Below are positions 1 to 9,639 of a stretch of DNA of 64,000 nt, in pieces (positions within the stretch are counted from its first letter, which is position 1; the number at the start of each line of letters is the position of its first letter). Source of the stretch: Actinomycetota bacterium (lineage in GTDB: Bacteria; Actinomycetota; Thermoleophilia; Solirubrobacterales; JACPNS01); contig JACQZY010000003.1 of the NCBI GenBank assembly GCA_016213645.1, positions 4,749 to 68,748 on the forward strand. The letters run 5' to 3'. The position numbers were made by a program, and so were the translations under genes. The notes beneath the pieces are model-generated. The model did not search any database, had not been told where the DNA came from, and was given only the letters and a program-made list of their open reading frames with translations.

Positions 1-296
1 GTGACGTCGGGGCTGCCCAGCCGCCGCACGACCTTGCCGACCGGTTGCGTGACCATTCGCCCGTGCTGTTTGGCCCGCTGGATTCCGGCCGGTTCCACAA
101 TCACCAGCTCACCTGGGCGCAGTTCGTTGCCGGCCCCACGCTTGCGGTCCTGTTTTAGCTGGATCGACGCGCCGCGGTCGAAAATGCGGCGAGCGACAAG
201 CGCACGGCCTTTCGGGATGAGCACGGCGGCCGTGGGGCCGTCGAAGACGGCGCCGAAGCCGCTCGCGACGTGCGGGGCACGCGGAGAGCGATTCAC
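1..296 (-). CDS. RNB-family exoribonuclease (RNase R/II-like), N-terminal fragment running off the window
   Basis: GTG at 296-294 overlaps the S41 peptidase stop by 4 nt (GTGA), and the frame stays open to position 1. Translation VNRSPRAPHVASGFGAV..KGRALVARRIFDRGASIQL..PGELVIVEPAG..GKVVRRLGSPDV resembles the OB-fold N-terminus of actinobacterial RNase R-type enzymes. It is absent from the ORF track because it is truncated. Confidence 0.45.
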   Translation of the reverse strand, partial: MNRSPRAPHVASGFGAVFDGPTAAVLIPKGRALVARRIFDRGASIQLKQDRKRGAGNELRPGELVIVEPAGIQRAKQHGRMVTQPVGKVVRRLGSPDV

Positions 297-1486
297 TTCT
301 TGAAGGCCGCAAGAGCGGCGAGAGCGGCGTCCAGCGCCTCGTCCGCGCGCGTCTTGCGCCGATCGAGCGCCTTCAAATCAGGTTGGATGCCGCGCCTTGT
401 CACGTAGTGCTTACCCGGCAGTTCGTATCGGCCCACAGTCAACGAAAGCGCCCCGCCGTCTTTGAACTCCGTGACCTCCTGAAACACACCCTTGCCAAAC
501 GTGCGAGCACCCACGACCAGCGCACGGTCGTGGTATTTGAGCGCGCCGGTAACGATCTCGGAAGCACTGGCTGAGCCACCATCCACTAGCACGACCAGCG
601 GATCGGCGGTGCGGAGTCCACCCTTGACCACGTCGTACTGCCGGCGCAGACGGCCGCGGCCGTCTGTCGCCACCACCATCCCCTTGGAGAGAAAGATGCT
701 CGCCACGGCGACCGCCTGGTCGATGCTTCCGCCACCGTTGCCGCGTAGGTCCAACACGTAGCTGTCTGCACCTTTCTTCTCCAGTTTCTCCACCTCTTTT
801 GTGACTGCGGCACCGGCCGTGTCCACAAACTGCGCCAATTGGACCACGCCGGTCTTACGCCCGTTGCGTTTGACCATGTGCCCGGTGGTGACCGGCACGT
901 CGATCTTCTTGCGTCGCATGCGCTCTTTCCGAGACGGGCCAAGTTTCGCTCCTTCGTCATCGAGCGCGGCGCGCACCGTAAGCGTGACGAACGTGCCTTC
1001 CGGACCCGTGATCTTCGCCACGGCAATCTTGGAGTTGACGCCCGCGAGCGACTTGCCGTTGACCTCTGTGATCAAGTCCCCAGGCCGTATCCCGGCCCCC
1101 TTGGCCGGAGAACCGCCATAGACGTCCGTCACCCGTAGGCCCCGTTTTTGCTTGTCCTCACGCACGCCCATGCCGACGCCGGAGTACTGACCGCTCAGGC
1201 TCTCCTCGAAAATCTTCCTCTGCTTCGCGTCGAAGTAATGTGAATACGGGTCCTTGAGCGCTCGAACCATACCGCCGATCTCTCCGTCAGTCAGTGTCTG
1301 CTCGGGCACTTCGCGGATGTATTCGTTGCGAATCAGGTCGCGCGCCTGGTCGGAGGAGATCTCGGCCTTGTCTGGGGCGACCACGTCCTTCAGCACACCG
1401 ATGACGGGCGTGCTGGGGTTGGCGCCGACGTAGATGCCGGCGACCAAGGCCGTGAGGATCGCGAGGGTGATCGTGAAAACGCGCAT
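293..1486 (-). CDS. S41 family C-terminal processing peptidase (Ctp/Prc-like), membrane anchored, with PDZ domain
   Basis: 397-aa ORF. N-terminal anchor MRVFTITLAILTALVAGIYVGA. PDZ-like GLRVTDVYGGSPAKGAGIRPGDLITEVNG. Catalytic Ser/Lys context VDGGSASASEIV .. RTFGKGVFQ. Lies directly downstream of ftsEX. Confidence 0.9.
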   Translation of the reverse strand: MRVFTITLAILTALVAGIYVGANPSTPVIGVLKDVVAPDKAEISSDQARDLIRNEYIREVPEQTLTDGEIGGMVRALKDPYSHYFDAKQRKIFEESLSGQYSGVGMGVREDKQKRGLRVTDVYGGSPAKGAGIRPGDLITEVNGKSLAGVNSKIAVAKITGPEGTFVTLTVRAALDDEGAKLGPSRKERMRRKKIDVPVTTGHMVKRNGRKTGVVQLAQFVDTAGAAVTKEVEKLEKKGADSYVLDLRGNGGGSIDQAVAVASIFLSKGMVVATDGRGRLRRQYDVVKGGLRTADPLVVLVDGGSASASEIVTGALKYHDRALVVGARTFGKGVFQEVTEFKDGGALSLTVGRYELPGKHYVTRRGIQPDLKALDRRKTRADEALDAALAALAAFKK

Positions 1487-1584
1487 GTCTTAGGGGGAAG
1501 GCTAGATGGCCACCGTGTCGCTGAATCCGGGGTGACGGCGCGACGGGTTCGGCCCGGCTGAGCCGGTGCACGTCACCGGGCTTC

Positions 1585-2475
1585 CTACAGCTTCAGAAAA
1601 CGGCGCAACGTGAATCCCGAGCCGGCGGCGGATATGCCCATCGCCGACACAAGCAGGAGGATCGCCAACGGCACGAAGCCGATCGTTTCGGGGGCGGCAA
1701 ACAGCGCAAAACTCTCCGACAGCGGATCGACGATCGTCTGCTTGGCCACCAGTAAAAGAAGGATCGCGATCACGCCTCCGGCTGCCCCCACAAACACACC
1801 CTCGATCACGAACGGCCAACGGATGAACCAGCCGGTCGCGCCGACCATGCGCATTACCTCGACCTCGCGCCGGCGCGCGTAGATCGACAGGCGGATCGTG
1901 TTGCCCACAAGCAGCGTGGAGGTAAGCACCAGCAGGATCGCCAGGCCCCACATCGCGTACTTCACTCCGCCGGTGATCGAAAGGATCTTGTCGGTCTCGT
2001 CTTCGCGGTTCTTGATGTCGTCGATCGCCGTGCTCGCGTATGTGGTCTTGCCGGACTGAGCGTTCTCCAGCGAGTCGACGATCCGGCCCACGTGCGCCGG
2101 ATCGCGTGGCGTCACGCGAAAGCTGGCCGGCAGCGGATTCTCGTCCAGCAGTTCCGCGGCGTCCTTTAGCGATCCCTTGAATGACGCCTTGGCCTCGGCC
2201 TTCGAGATGTATTCGACGCTCTTGACCTCGGCGCTCTGCTCCAGTCGCTTGCGCAGTGCTGAAACTTCAGACTGAGTCGCTTCGTCCTTCAGGTAAACAT
2301 CCACCAGCAGCCGGCCGCGAATCTCGTTGGCGGCGCCGGTCGTGGCGTCGGTGACGGGAATGAACACCCCCAGCACAATCGTCGTGATCATCACCGTCAT
2401 CAGCGCGGCGAAGCTCGGTGCGGAGTTGCGCCGCAGCGTGCGGATCGCCTCGCTCATGAAGAAACGGAAATTCAC
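1585..2475 (-). CDS. ftsX: Cell-division ABC transporter permease FtsX
   Basis: 296-aa ORF with one N-terminal TM, a large extracytoplasmic loop and a C-terminal 3-TM block (RREVEVMRMVGATGWFIRWPFVIEG). Its start overlaps the ftsE stop by 4 nt. Confidence 0.9.
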   Translation of the reverse strand: MNFRFFMSEAIRTLRRNSAPSFAALMTVMITTIVLGVFIPVTDATTGAANEIRGRLLVDVYLKDEATQSEVSALRKRLEQSAEVKSVEYISKAEAKASFKGSLKDAAELLDENPLPASFRVTPRDPAHVGRIVDSLENAQSGKTTYASTAIDDIKNREDETDKILSITGGVKYAMWGLAILLVLTSTLLVGNTIRLSIYARRREVEVMRMVGATGWFIRWPFVIEGVFVGAAGGVIAILLLLVAKQTIVDPLSESFALFAAPETIGFVPLAILLLVSAMGISAAGSGFTLRRFLKL

Positions 2476-3356
2476 GCGGGGGCCTCGGGTCCGTTGGCCA
2501 GCGGTTCAGGGTCCGGCTCGAAATCCGGCCCATTGGTCGGTGGTTCGGAGTCCGGCTCGGGACCCAGCCCGAACTCGGCATCCTCCTCCGCAAATCCGAG
2601 GTCCGTCGCCGGAACGGCCGAAAACTCGCTGGTGTAACCGGCCGACTGTTCGTCGCGCACGATGTGCCCGTCGCGAAGCTCGATCACGCGGCGGCGCATG
2701 CGATCTACCATGCCCTGGTCGTGCGTGGCCACGATCACCGTGGTGCCGGTCCGGTTGATTCGGTAGATCAACTGCATGATGCCCAGCGACGTGACCGGGT
2801 CCAGGTTGCCGGTCGGCTCGTCGCAGATCAGCAGCGGGGGATGGTTCACGAACGCGCGCGCGATCGACACGCGCTGCTGTTCGCCGCCGGAAAGCTGGTC
2901 CGGGAAGTTGTGAAGCTTGGTGCTGAGGCCGACCAAGCGCAGAATGTGCGGCACCTTTTCGCGAACTTCCGCCCGCGAAGCGCCGGTCACCAGCAGCGAG
3001 TATGCGACGTTGTCGTAGACCGTGCGATTGGACAGCAGCTTGAAATCCTGAAATACGGCGCCGATGTTGCGCCGTAGATACGGCACACGGTCGGGCTTGA
3101 GCCGCGTGATGTCACGCCCGGCGATGAAGATATGGCCGCGCGTCGCCTCGAACTCCTTCATCAACATGCGAATGAACGTGGACTTTCCGCAGCCGGTCGG
3201 TCCGACCAGAAAGACGAACTCGCCACGCCGGATGCTGGTGGTGGCGTTTTCAAGTCCAACGGTGCCATCGTCGTACACCTTCGTGACGTCGTCAAACTCC
3301 ACGACGGCCGAGCCGTAATCGCGATCCTGTTGCGCTTCCGCGTGCCGTGCCTGCAT
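2472..3356 (-). CDS. ftsE: Cell-division ABC transporter ATP-binding protein FtsE, with an acidic/Pro-rich C-terminal tail
   Basis: Walker [10 protein letters not shown], signature LSGGEQQR, Walker [13 protein letters not shown]. Start placed at ATG 3356 ([10 protein letters not shown]..). The 61 extra residues of the track ORF (to 3539) only translate the intergenic palindromic repeats. Confidence 0.88.
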   Translation of the reverse strand: MQARHAEAQQDRDYGSAVVEFDDVTKVYDDGTVGLENATTSIRRGEFVFLVGPTGCGKSTFIRMLMKEFEATRGHIFIAGRDITRLKPDRVPYLRRNIGAVFQDFKLLSNRTVYDNVAYSLLVTGASRAEVREKVPHILRLVGLSTKLHNFPDQLSGGEQQRVSIARAFVNHPPLLICDEPTGNLDPVTSLGIMQLIYRINRTGTTVIVATHDQGMVDRMRRRVIELRDGHIVRDEQSAGYTSEFSAVPATDLGFAEEDAEFGLGPEPDSEPPTNGPDFEPDPEPLANGPEAPA

Positions 3357-3428
3357 CAAAACGCCTTTCTTCAGCCTAGAGACGATTCCTGCCGCAAGCG
3401 CCAGCCCCACCCGCGCCCAGGCACCCCA

Positions 3429-3623
3429 CGCGCAGATCACCGGTGTCTGCGCAAGATTTCCCTTGCCAAAGCGAATTGCGATACGCAACCGCCGTGATTC
3501 CAATGCGGAATCCTGCGCAGGCACCGGTGATCTGCGCAAAAATCCCTGCGCAGGTATGGGCGCCCGTGCGGGGGCGCGCCAGAGCGCGGGTACGCCAGTG
3601 CGCAGGCACCGGTGATCTGCGCA
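3429..3623. repeat. Three copies of a 25-bp palindromic motif (TGCGCAGGCACCGGTGATCTGCGCA) spaced 85 bp apart
   Basis: Identical copies at 3514-3538 and 3599-3623. A 2-mismatch copy in the opposite orientation lies at 3429-3453, and a perfect 10-bp palindrome CCTGCGCAGG at 3545-3554. All sit in the fabI-ftsE spacer. Confidence 0.85.
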
Positions 3624-3676
3624 GGATTTGGCTTTCTAGTGGGGCCGAGTGGGCGAGATGTGCCCGTTCCGCCGGT

Positions 3677-4519
3677 TTACGACTCTGGCTCGACCTGCAC
3701 GGCGGCGGGTGCGCCGATCGCGTGGAATCCGCCGTCTACGTGGATGATTTCGCCGCTGATGCCGCGGGCGAGGTCCGAAAGTAGGAAGCAGACGGTGTTG
3801 GCGACGGGCCGGGGGTCCTCGATACTCCAGCCAAGCGGGGCCTGGGCGGGCCACATCGCGGCTAGTTCCTTGAATCCGGGAATGCCCTTCGCCGCCATCG
3901 TGCGCAGTGGTCCGGCCGAAACCAGGTTCGAGCGTATGCCGTACGGACCGAGATCGCGTGCCAGGTAGCGATTGACCGACTCCAGTGCTGCCTTTGACAC
4001 TCCCATCCAGTCGTAGATCGGCCAGGCGACGGTGGCGTCGAAGTCCAAGCCGACGATCGCGGATTCCGGCGGCGGCGGGCTCTCGCCGTCGCCGGGGCCC
4101 GCGGAACGGTCGCGCTCCAGCAACGGCAGCAGGGCCGTGGCCATCGCCTTGTATGAGTACGCGCTGGTGCGGAAAGCCAGCTCCGCGCTCTCACGCGGCG
4201 CGCTCAGGAACTTGCCGCCAAGCGCGTCCTCCGGGGCGAAGGCAATCGCGTGCAACGCGCCGTCCAGTCCGCCCAGCGAATTCTTCACTGCGTCGGCCAG
4301 CGCCGCCAGGTTGTCCTCGTCGTTGACGTCCAGCTCGACCACTTCAACATTCTTTTCCAGGCGATTGGCGGTGCGCTCAGTCAGCGAACGCATTCGGCCG
4401 AAGCTCGACAGCACGACCTCCGCACCCTCGGCCTGCGCGGTCGAAGCGACGTGGTACGCCAGGCTCGCCGGTGTCAGTACGCCGGTGATCAGCAGTCTCT
4501 TGCCTTCAAGCATTCCCAT
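3677..4519 (-). CDS. fabI: Enoyl-[ACP] reductase (NADH), InhA/FabI type
   Basis: 280-aa SDR. N-terminal GKRLLITGV nucleotide-binding region and a Tyr-x6-Lys active site (YDWMGVSKAALES). Last gene of the FAS-II cluster. Confidence 0.9.
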   Translation of the reverse strand: MGMLEGKRLLITGVLTPASLAYHVASTAQAEGAEVVLSSFGRMRSLTERTANRLEKNVEVVELDVNDEDNLAALADAVKNSLGGLDGALHAIAFAPEDALGGKFLSAPRESAELAFRTSAYSYKAMATALLPLLERDRSAGPGDGESPPPPESAIVGLDFDATVAWPIYDWMGVSKAALESVNRYLARDLGPYGIRSNLVSAGPLRTMAAKGIPGFKELAAMWPAQAPLGWSIEDPRPVANTVCFLLSDLARGISGEIIHVDGGFHAIGAPAAVQVEPES

Positions 4520-4526
4520 CAGCGGC

Positions 4527-5705
4527 TCACTTCGCCTGGAAGACGAGACACGCGTTGTGTCCGCCGAAACCGAATGAGTTCGACAGCACCGTGTTGATCT
4601 CGATCTCTCGCGCGCCGTCGGCGATGTAGTCGAGGTCGCACTCGGGGTCCGGCTCGTCGAGATTGACGGTCGGGTGCGCCTTGTTGTCGCGCATCGAGAG
4701 CACGCAGATCACGGCCTCGACGGAACCGGCCGCGCCCATCATGTGGCCGAGCAGCGACTTCGTGGACGAAATCGGCGGCGGCGAATCGAAGATCTCCTTC
4801 ACGGCCTTCGTCTCGGAGAGATCGTTGTACGGGGTGCTGGTGCCGTGGGCGTTGATGTAGTCGACCTCGCCCGGCGCCACACCGGCTTCGGCGAGCGCCT
4901 TACGCATCGCCGCCATTGCACCGGTCGCCTCGGGATCGGGCTGAACCAGGTGAAAAGCGTCGTTGGACGCTCCGTAGCCCGCGAGCGTCGCATACGCGCG
5001 AGCTCCGCGCGCGGCGGCATGCTCGGCAGACTCCAGGATCACGATGCCGGCGCCCTCGCCCATCACAAAGCCGTCACGCCGCGAGTCGAACGGACAGCTC
5101 ATGCCCTTTGACGTCATCGCGCCCATCGCGCGAAATGCCGCGGTGGCCAGCGGCCGGTTGGCCGCCTCGGCGCTGCCGGCAACGACCAAGTCGGCGAAGC
5201 CGTACTCGATCATGCGCTTGGCCTCGCCCAGCGAGTGATTACCCGTCGCACAGGCGGTCACCACGCAGTGACCCGGCCCATGTAGGCCGAAGTCCTTCGT
5301 GATCGCGGCCAGCGCGGCGTTCGGCATCAGCATCGGCACGGTGGTCGCCGGCACCTGCCGGTCGCCCTTCTCGCGCATGATCTCGATGTTGGTGTCGATC
5401 GTCTCAAATCCGCCGATGCCGGTGCCGACGACCGCGCCGCAGCGCGTGGAATCGAGCGCCGCGAAGTCCAGCCCGGCGTCTTCAACGGCCTCGCGGGCCG
5501 CGACCAGCGCATACCGCGCAAAGCGGTCCAACCGGCGAGACTCCTTGATCGTCAGTTTTTCAGTCGGGTCCGGCCCGACGGCCACGTCGCCGTGTGGCAG
5601 CGACTCGCCGGCGAGCGCACGCGCCCACAGCGCGTCCACGCCAAAACCGGCGGGCGTCACCGCGCCAATACCGGTGATCACGACTTCTCTGCGTTGGTCA
5701 GTCAT
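4527..5705 (-). CDS. fabF: Beta-ketoacyl-ACP synthase II (KAS II)
   Basis: 392 aa. Active-site Cys VVTACATG, His motifs INAHGTSTP and GHMMGAAG, C-terminal NSFGFGGHNA. Confidence 0.93.
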   Translation of the reverse strand: MTDQRREVVITGIGAVTPAGFGVDALWARALAGESLPHGDVAVGPDPTEKLTIKESRRLDRFARYALVAAREAVEDAGLDFAALDSTRCGAVVGTGIGGFETIDTNIEIMREKGDRQVPATTVPMLMPNAALAAITKDFGLHGPGHCVVTACATGNHSLGEAKRMIEYGFADLVVAGSAEAANRPLATAAFRAMGAMTSKGMSCPFDSRRDGFVMGEGAGIVILESAEHAAARGARAYATLAGYGASNDAFHLVQPDPEATGAMAAMRKALAEAGVAPGEVDYINAHGTSTPYNDLSETKAVKEIFDSPPPISSTKSLLGHMMGAAGSVEAVICVLSMRDNKAHPTVNLDEPDPECDLDYIADGAREIEINTVLSNSFGFGGHNACLVFQAK

Positions 5706-5746
5706 CCATTGCGCTCCCCTGGGTCGATTGCGTTAACGGTCGCCGA

Positions 5747-5986
5747 TCAGCCGTTTTTGACGACGGCGGCAATTGTGTCGCCCATCGTCGCAAGGCCTTC
5801 GAGGTCCTCGTCGGGCACACGGACGCCGAGGTCATCCTCGATCGCCTGCATGATCTCAACCACGTCGAGTGAGTCCATGTCGAGGTCTTCAAGCGTGGCC
5901 TCAAGCGTGACGTCGGTGGGGTCAACACCAAACTTGGGGACGATTTCCTTGATTTTGTCAAGCACTGCTTCCTGAGTAACTGCCAT
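5747..5986 (-). CDS. acpP: Acyl carrier protein
   Basis: 79 aa with the phosphopantetheine attachment motif DLDMDSLDVVEI. Located between fabG and fabF. Confidence 0.93.
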   Translation of the reverse strand: MAVTQEAVLDKIKEIVPKFGVDPTDVTLEATLEDLDMDSLDVVEIMQAIEDDLGVRVPDEDLEGLATMGDTIAAVVKNG

Positions 5987-6038
5987 TTGAATAGCCCTTT
6001 CTGTCCGGCCCTTTTCTATCGGGTCCGGGATTCACTTG

Positions 6039-6812
6039 TCATGCGGTCATGCCGCCATCCACCGGCAGCACGGCGCCGGTGATGTAGGCGGCCTCCTCGG
6101 AGGCCAGAAATCCAACGGCCGCGGCCACTTCTTCAGGCGTGCCGGCGCGGCCGGCCGGCACGTCTTCGATCAGCTTGTCGACCAGGCCCTCGGTCATCGC
6201 CGTGGCCACCGGCCCGGGCGCGACACAGTTGACCGTGATCTTCTTGCGCGCGTATTCCTTCGCGAGCGTACGGGCCAGGCCGATGAGCCCGGCCTTTGAC
6301 GCGCCGTAGGCGGCCTGACCGGGGTTGCCGTGCATCCCGCTGACGGACGAAACCATCACGATCCGGCCCCAACGCTCGCGCATCATGCCGCGAAGCGCGG
6401 CCCGCGAGCAGTTGAAGGCGCCGGTTAGGTTCGCGTCGATCGTCGCGTTCCAATCCTCATCGCTCATCCGCACCGCCAGATTGTCGTGGCGTACACCGGC
6501 GTTGTTGACGAGCACGGCGACCGGCCCAAGCTTTTCCGCGATCTCAGTGAACGCACCGTCAACGGCCTCAACATTGCAGACGTCGGCCTGCAATGCCAGT
6601 GACCGGGCACCCGATCGCGAAGCCTCGATCAGTTTGGCCGTTTCGGCCGCACCGTCGGCGTCCGACGAATACGTGACGGCCACGTCGTAACCGTCGTGAG
6701 CAAGTTGTTGCGCAATCGCCCGGCCGATGCCGCGCGATGCGCCGGTCACCAGCGCCACGCGCGCGATGTCCGAGCCGTTCTGGGCGGCGTTTTGTGTGGT
6801 GTCGTCGCTCAC
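6039..6812 (-). CDS. fabG: 3-oxoacyl-ACP reductase
   Basis: 257-aa SDR with TGASRGIG cofactor motif and YGASKAG catalytic motif. 4-nt overlap with fabH. Confidence 0.9.
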   Translation of the reverse strand: MSDDTTQNAAQNGSDIARVALVTGASRGIGRAIAQQLAHDGYDVAVTYSSDADGAAETAKLIEASRSGARSLALQADVCNVEAVDGAFTEIAEKLGPVAVLVNNAGVRHDNLAVRMSDEDWNATIDANLTGAFNCSRAALRGMMRERWGRIVMVSSVSGMHGNPGQAAYGASKAGLIGLARTLAKEYARKKITVNCVAPGPVATAMTEGLVDKLIEDVPAGRAGTPEEVAAAVGFLASEEAAYITGAVLPVDGGMTA

Positions 6813-7825
6813 GGCGCAATCCCCTCCATTTCACAGGTGATCGCGGAGTACACAAAACCTCCGCCAAATCCGGCCATCACGACAAGGCCGCCCTCGGCCA
6901 GCCGCCCGGCCGCATACTCGCGACTCAGCGCAACCGGCACCGACGCGGCAGAGGTGTTGCCGACATCCGCGATCTGCACCGACACCTGGTCCTCGCGCAG
7001 CCCCAGCTTCTCGCCGAGCGCGTCGATGATCCGGACGTTTGCCTGGTGAGCCACGATCAGCTTCATGTCGTCCAAGGTCTTGCCGACCGCGGCCAGCGCC
7101 TCAAGCGTGATTTCGCTCATTCGCGCCACGGCGTTTGTGTAGGTCTCGCGGCCGCGCATGCGAATCAGGTTGTCCTCGTCGCGCACCGAGTACAGAATCC
7201 GGTGCTGATGATCGAAGCCGCCGATCAGCGGGCCGAACCCGCCGTTCTCGACCGGACCCACGACGACCGCTCCGGCCGCGTCGCCAAACAGCGGCGCGCT
7301 CTTTGGGTCGTCCCACGGGATGATCCGCGACAACGCGTCGGCGCCGACGACCACTGCAAGCTTCGCGCGGCCGCTCTCGACTGCCGCGGCAGCCTGGCCC
7401 AGCGCCGTCACAAATCCCGTGCAGGCCGCCGAAAGGTCGTACACAACGGCCCGCTCGGGCACGCCGAGCTCGTCCGCCAGGGCCACCGCCTGCGCAGGAA
7501 AGAGGCTGTCGGGCGTGATCGTGGCGACGATCACCATGTCGACTTCGGAGGCTTCTCGCCCGGCGGTCCGCAATGCGTCACGGGCGGCCACGGCCGCGAT
7601 GTCCAGTAGTTGCTCGCCTTTTTCCGTGTCTAGCACGCGTCGCGACTTCACACCGGTGCGGTCGATGATCCAGTCCGCGGTAAGACCCAAACGTTCACCG
7701 ATCTCTTCGCTGGTGAGCACCTTGCCAGGCTGCGCCGAACCAAAACCCAACAGCCCCGCCGGTTGCAGTCGGCGCTGCTGGCTGGCCACCGCCGACGCCG
7801 TGGTCTCGGTGGCGCTCACAGTCAC
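6809..7825 (-). CDS. fabH: Beta-ketoacyl-ACP synthase III (KAS III)
   Basis: 338 aa with the Cys-His-Asn triad contexts SAACTGF, VAHQANVRI and GNTSAAS. Overlaps the fabD stop. Confidence 0.92.
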   Translation of the reverse strand: MTVSATETTASAVASQQRRLQPAGLLGFGSAQPGKVLTSEEIGERLGLTADWIIDRTGVKSRRVLDTEKGEQLLDIAAVAARDALRTAGREASEVDMVIVATITPDSLFPAQAVALADELGVPERAVVYDLSAACTGFVTALGQAAAAVESGRAKLAVVVGADALSRIIPWDDPKSAPLFGDAAGAVVVGPVENGGFGPLIGGFDHQHRILYSVRDEDNLIRMRGRETYTNAVARMSEITLEALAAVGKTLDDMKLIVAHQANVRIIDALGEKLGLREDQVSVQIADVGNTSAASVPVALSREYAAGRLAEGGLVVMAGFGGGFVYSAITCEMEGIAP

Positions 7826-8613
7826 GCCCCGCCCGAGGTTGAGATCAGGTCGGAGACCTTCAGCGCGCGGGCCTCGGGCAACGTGCGCTTGACCAACCCG
7901 ATCAACACACCGGCGGGCTCAAACTCGACAAACTCGCGTACGCCCATCTTCCACATGTATAGGAGCGACTCGCGAAAACGCACCGGAGCAAGAAGTTCGC
8001 TGGCAAGTTCATGTTGCGGATCCACATACGGCTGTGCCGTGCCATTCGCGATCACGTGTGATGCGTCGCCGAATCGCGCCTTCGACAGCGCATCCGAGAG
8101 CCTCGCGGCGGCGGACTTCACGAGCGGCGAATGGAAGGCTCCGCTGACGGGCAACCGCTTGAGCCGCAACCGGCGCTCGTTGCCCGCCTCGTCGTGGGTG
8201 ACCGGCTGCGCCTCTTCGAGCGCCTCTACTCCGGCGATCTCGCCGGTCAGCACCACTTGGCCCGGAGCGTTGTCGTTCGCGACGGTCAAACCGAACTCGT
8301 CGGCCACCTCGCTCGCGCGCTCGATCGTGGCGCCTAAAAGAGCGATCATTGCGCCGGGGTGCTCACGCGCGGCATCGGCCATCGCGAGACCGCGTTGCCT
8401 GACGATTTCGGCGGCTGCGTCGGCATCCACGGAGCCGGCTGCGACGAGCGCGGCGTACGAGCCGAGCGAGTGACCCGCGAACACGTCGCACTCAATCTGC
8501 GCGGCCTGCCAGCTCTCGACCGACATGCCAAAGATCGCCGGCTGTTGACCGGCCGTGTCCAGCGGCATGTCGGGCGTCTGGCTGCCCTGGCCCGGGAACA
8601 GCCCGGCCCTCAT
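7822..8613 (-). CDS. fabD: Malonyl-CoA:ACP transacylase
   Basis: 263 aa with FPGQGSQ and the nucleophile motif GHSLGSY. First gene of the FAS-II operon. Confidence 0.9.
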   Translation of the reverse strand: MRAGLFPGQGSQTPDMPLDTAGQQPAIFGMSVESWQAAQIECDVFAGHSLGSYAALVAAGSVDADAAAEIVRQRGLAMADAAREHPGAMIALLGATIERASEVADEFGLTVANDNAPGQVVLTGEIAGVEALEEAQPVTHDEAGNERRLRLKRLPVSGAFHSPLVKSAAARLSDALSKARFGDASHVIANGTAQPYVDPQHELASELLAPVRFRESLLYMWKMGVREFVEFEPAGVLIGLVKRTLPEARALKVSDLISTSGGA

Positions 8614-8742
8614 GTTTTGACCCCCGTCATCACGTCGGGGAGGTTAGTCAACGGAAATTGGGAAAACGGTCTGGCCCACTCCGAATGTGACTCGAATCAC
8701 TGATGTGCGGATAAAAAGCGGCGCCGCGGGCGCCTGGTGGGT

Positions 8743-9150
8743 CTACTTTCCGCGCGACTTTGAAGCAGTCGACTTCGATGAAGCGCCGCCCTTGGCCGAC
8801 GCTCCGCCGCGATCACCGATCGCCTCGACCACGCGGTTTTCCAAGTTCGTCATCCGCCGCTCGATGCGATCGATGTCGTCTTCCAACTCCTCGATACGGT
8901 GGAAAAGTGTGCGCACACGCAGTGTCAGGCTCTCGAACTGCGAACCGGACGGCAGGCCGATCGCCGAAAAGGCAGACTGTTGCGCGTGCATCACGCGCTC
9001 GCCTGCGTCGACCAGGCGACTGAGCGCGTCGCCAAACAGCCAGCTACTCGTGATCTCGTCCACGACGCCGCCCAGGCCCTCGCCCGGTTCGGCGTCTCGA
9101 TCGCGGTCCCGTTTCGGCTTCGCGCGCTTTTCAGAGTCGTCCCTGGCCAT
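8743..9150 (-). CDS. Hypothetical coiled-coil protein with basic/acidic low-complexity ends
   Basis: 135-aa ORF with genome-typical GC-rich third codon positions. It has a charged N-terminus, a central heptad-like segment (LRVRTLFHRIEELEDDIDRIERRMTNLENRV) and a Ser/Lys/Gly-rich tail. I recognise no family. Confidence 0.5.
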   Translation of the reverse strand: MARDDSEKRAKPKRDRDRDAEPGEGLGGVVDEITSSWLFGDALSRLVDAGERVMHAQQSAFSAIGLPSGSQFESLTLRVRTLFHRIEELEDDIDRIERRMTNLENRVVEAIGDRGGASAKGGASSKSTASKSRGK

Positions 9151-9639
9151 CGGCTTCGATCATAGGACGTTTTGCGCCGAAACGGCGACGAGAATCGAAA
9201 AGTGAAAGGAATATTGGCTAGTCTAAGCCTATAGTTGAGGTTTAGCATATGCCTGAAATGAGATATTTGAGCTGGTCTTCAAGCGTCGGAGCGCCGACAG
9301 GCGGGTGAACGACCCATTCCGTCCATTTCTATCCCGAATTTTCCGCTGCGGTCGCGCAAAAACCATCTCTTCCCCGAATCTTCACACGCAGTAAAAGAAC
9401 CGGCGATTAAGGTCGAAGAGGCAAGTGTCGATGAAGCGACCAGGTAGGCCTCCGCATGGAAGCTCTTTTCCGCGTTTCCGGCATGTAAAGATCAGGAGTC
9501 GCGGTTACGTCGCACCTGCGACGAGCGCGGCCGAGAAGCCGCTTTCCAATCAAGCACACCGAAACAACATGACAACCCAGCTCACAACGTCACGGATGAC
9601 CGTCGCCATGCCTCTTGCAGGTATTTGGGCTTCGGCCGG

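Noticed and set aside
3357-3539. N-terminal 61-residue extension of the ftsE ORF
   Set aside because: It merely translates the intergenic palindromic repeats, so PVICA recurs in several frames. The conserved FtsE sequence begins right after ATG 3356.
9285-9410. Distal cluster of ydaO-like words (GGGUGAAC, ACCCA, CCCGAAUU, CCCGAAUC) as the riboswitch aptamer itself
   Set aside because: The blocks are not in the canonical order, and they lie more than 300 nt from the start codon. They are kept only as a note inside the leader finding.
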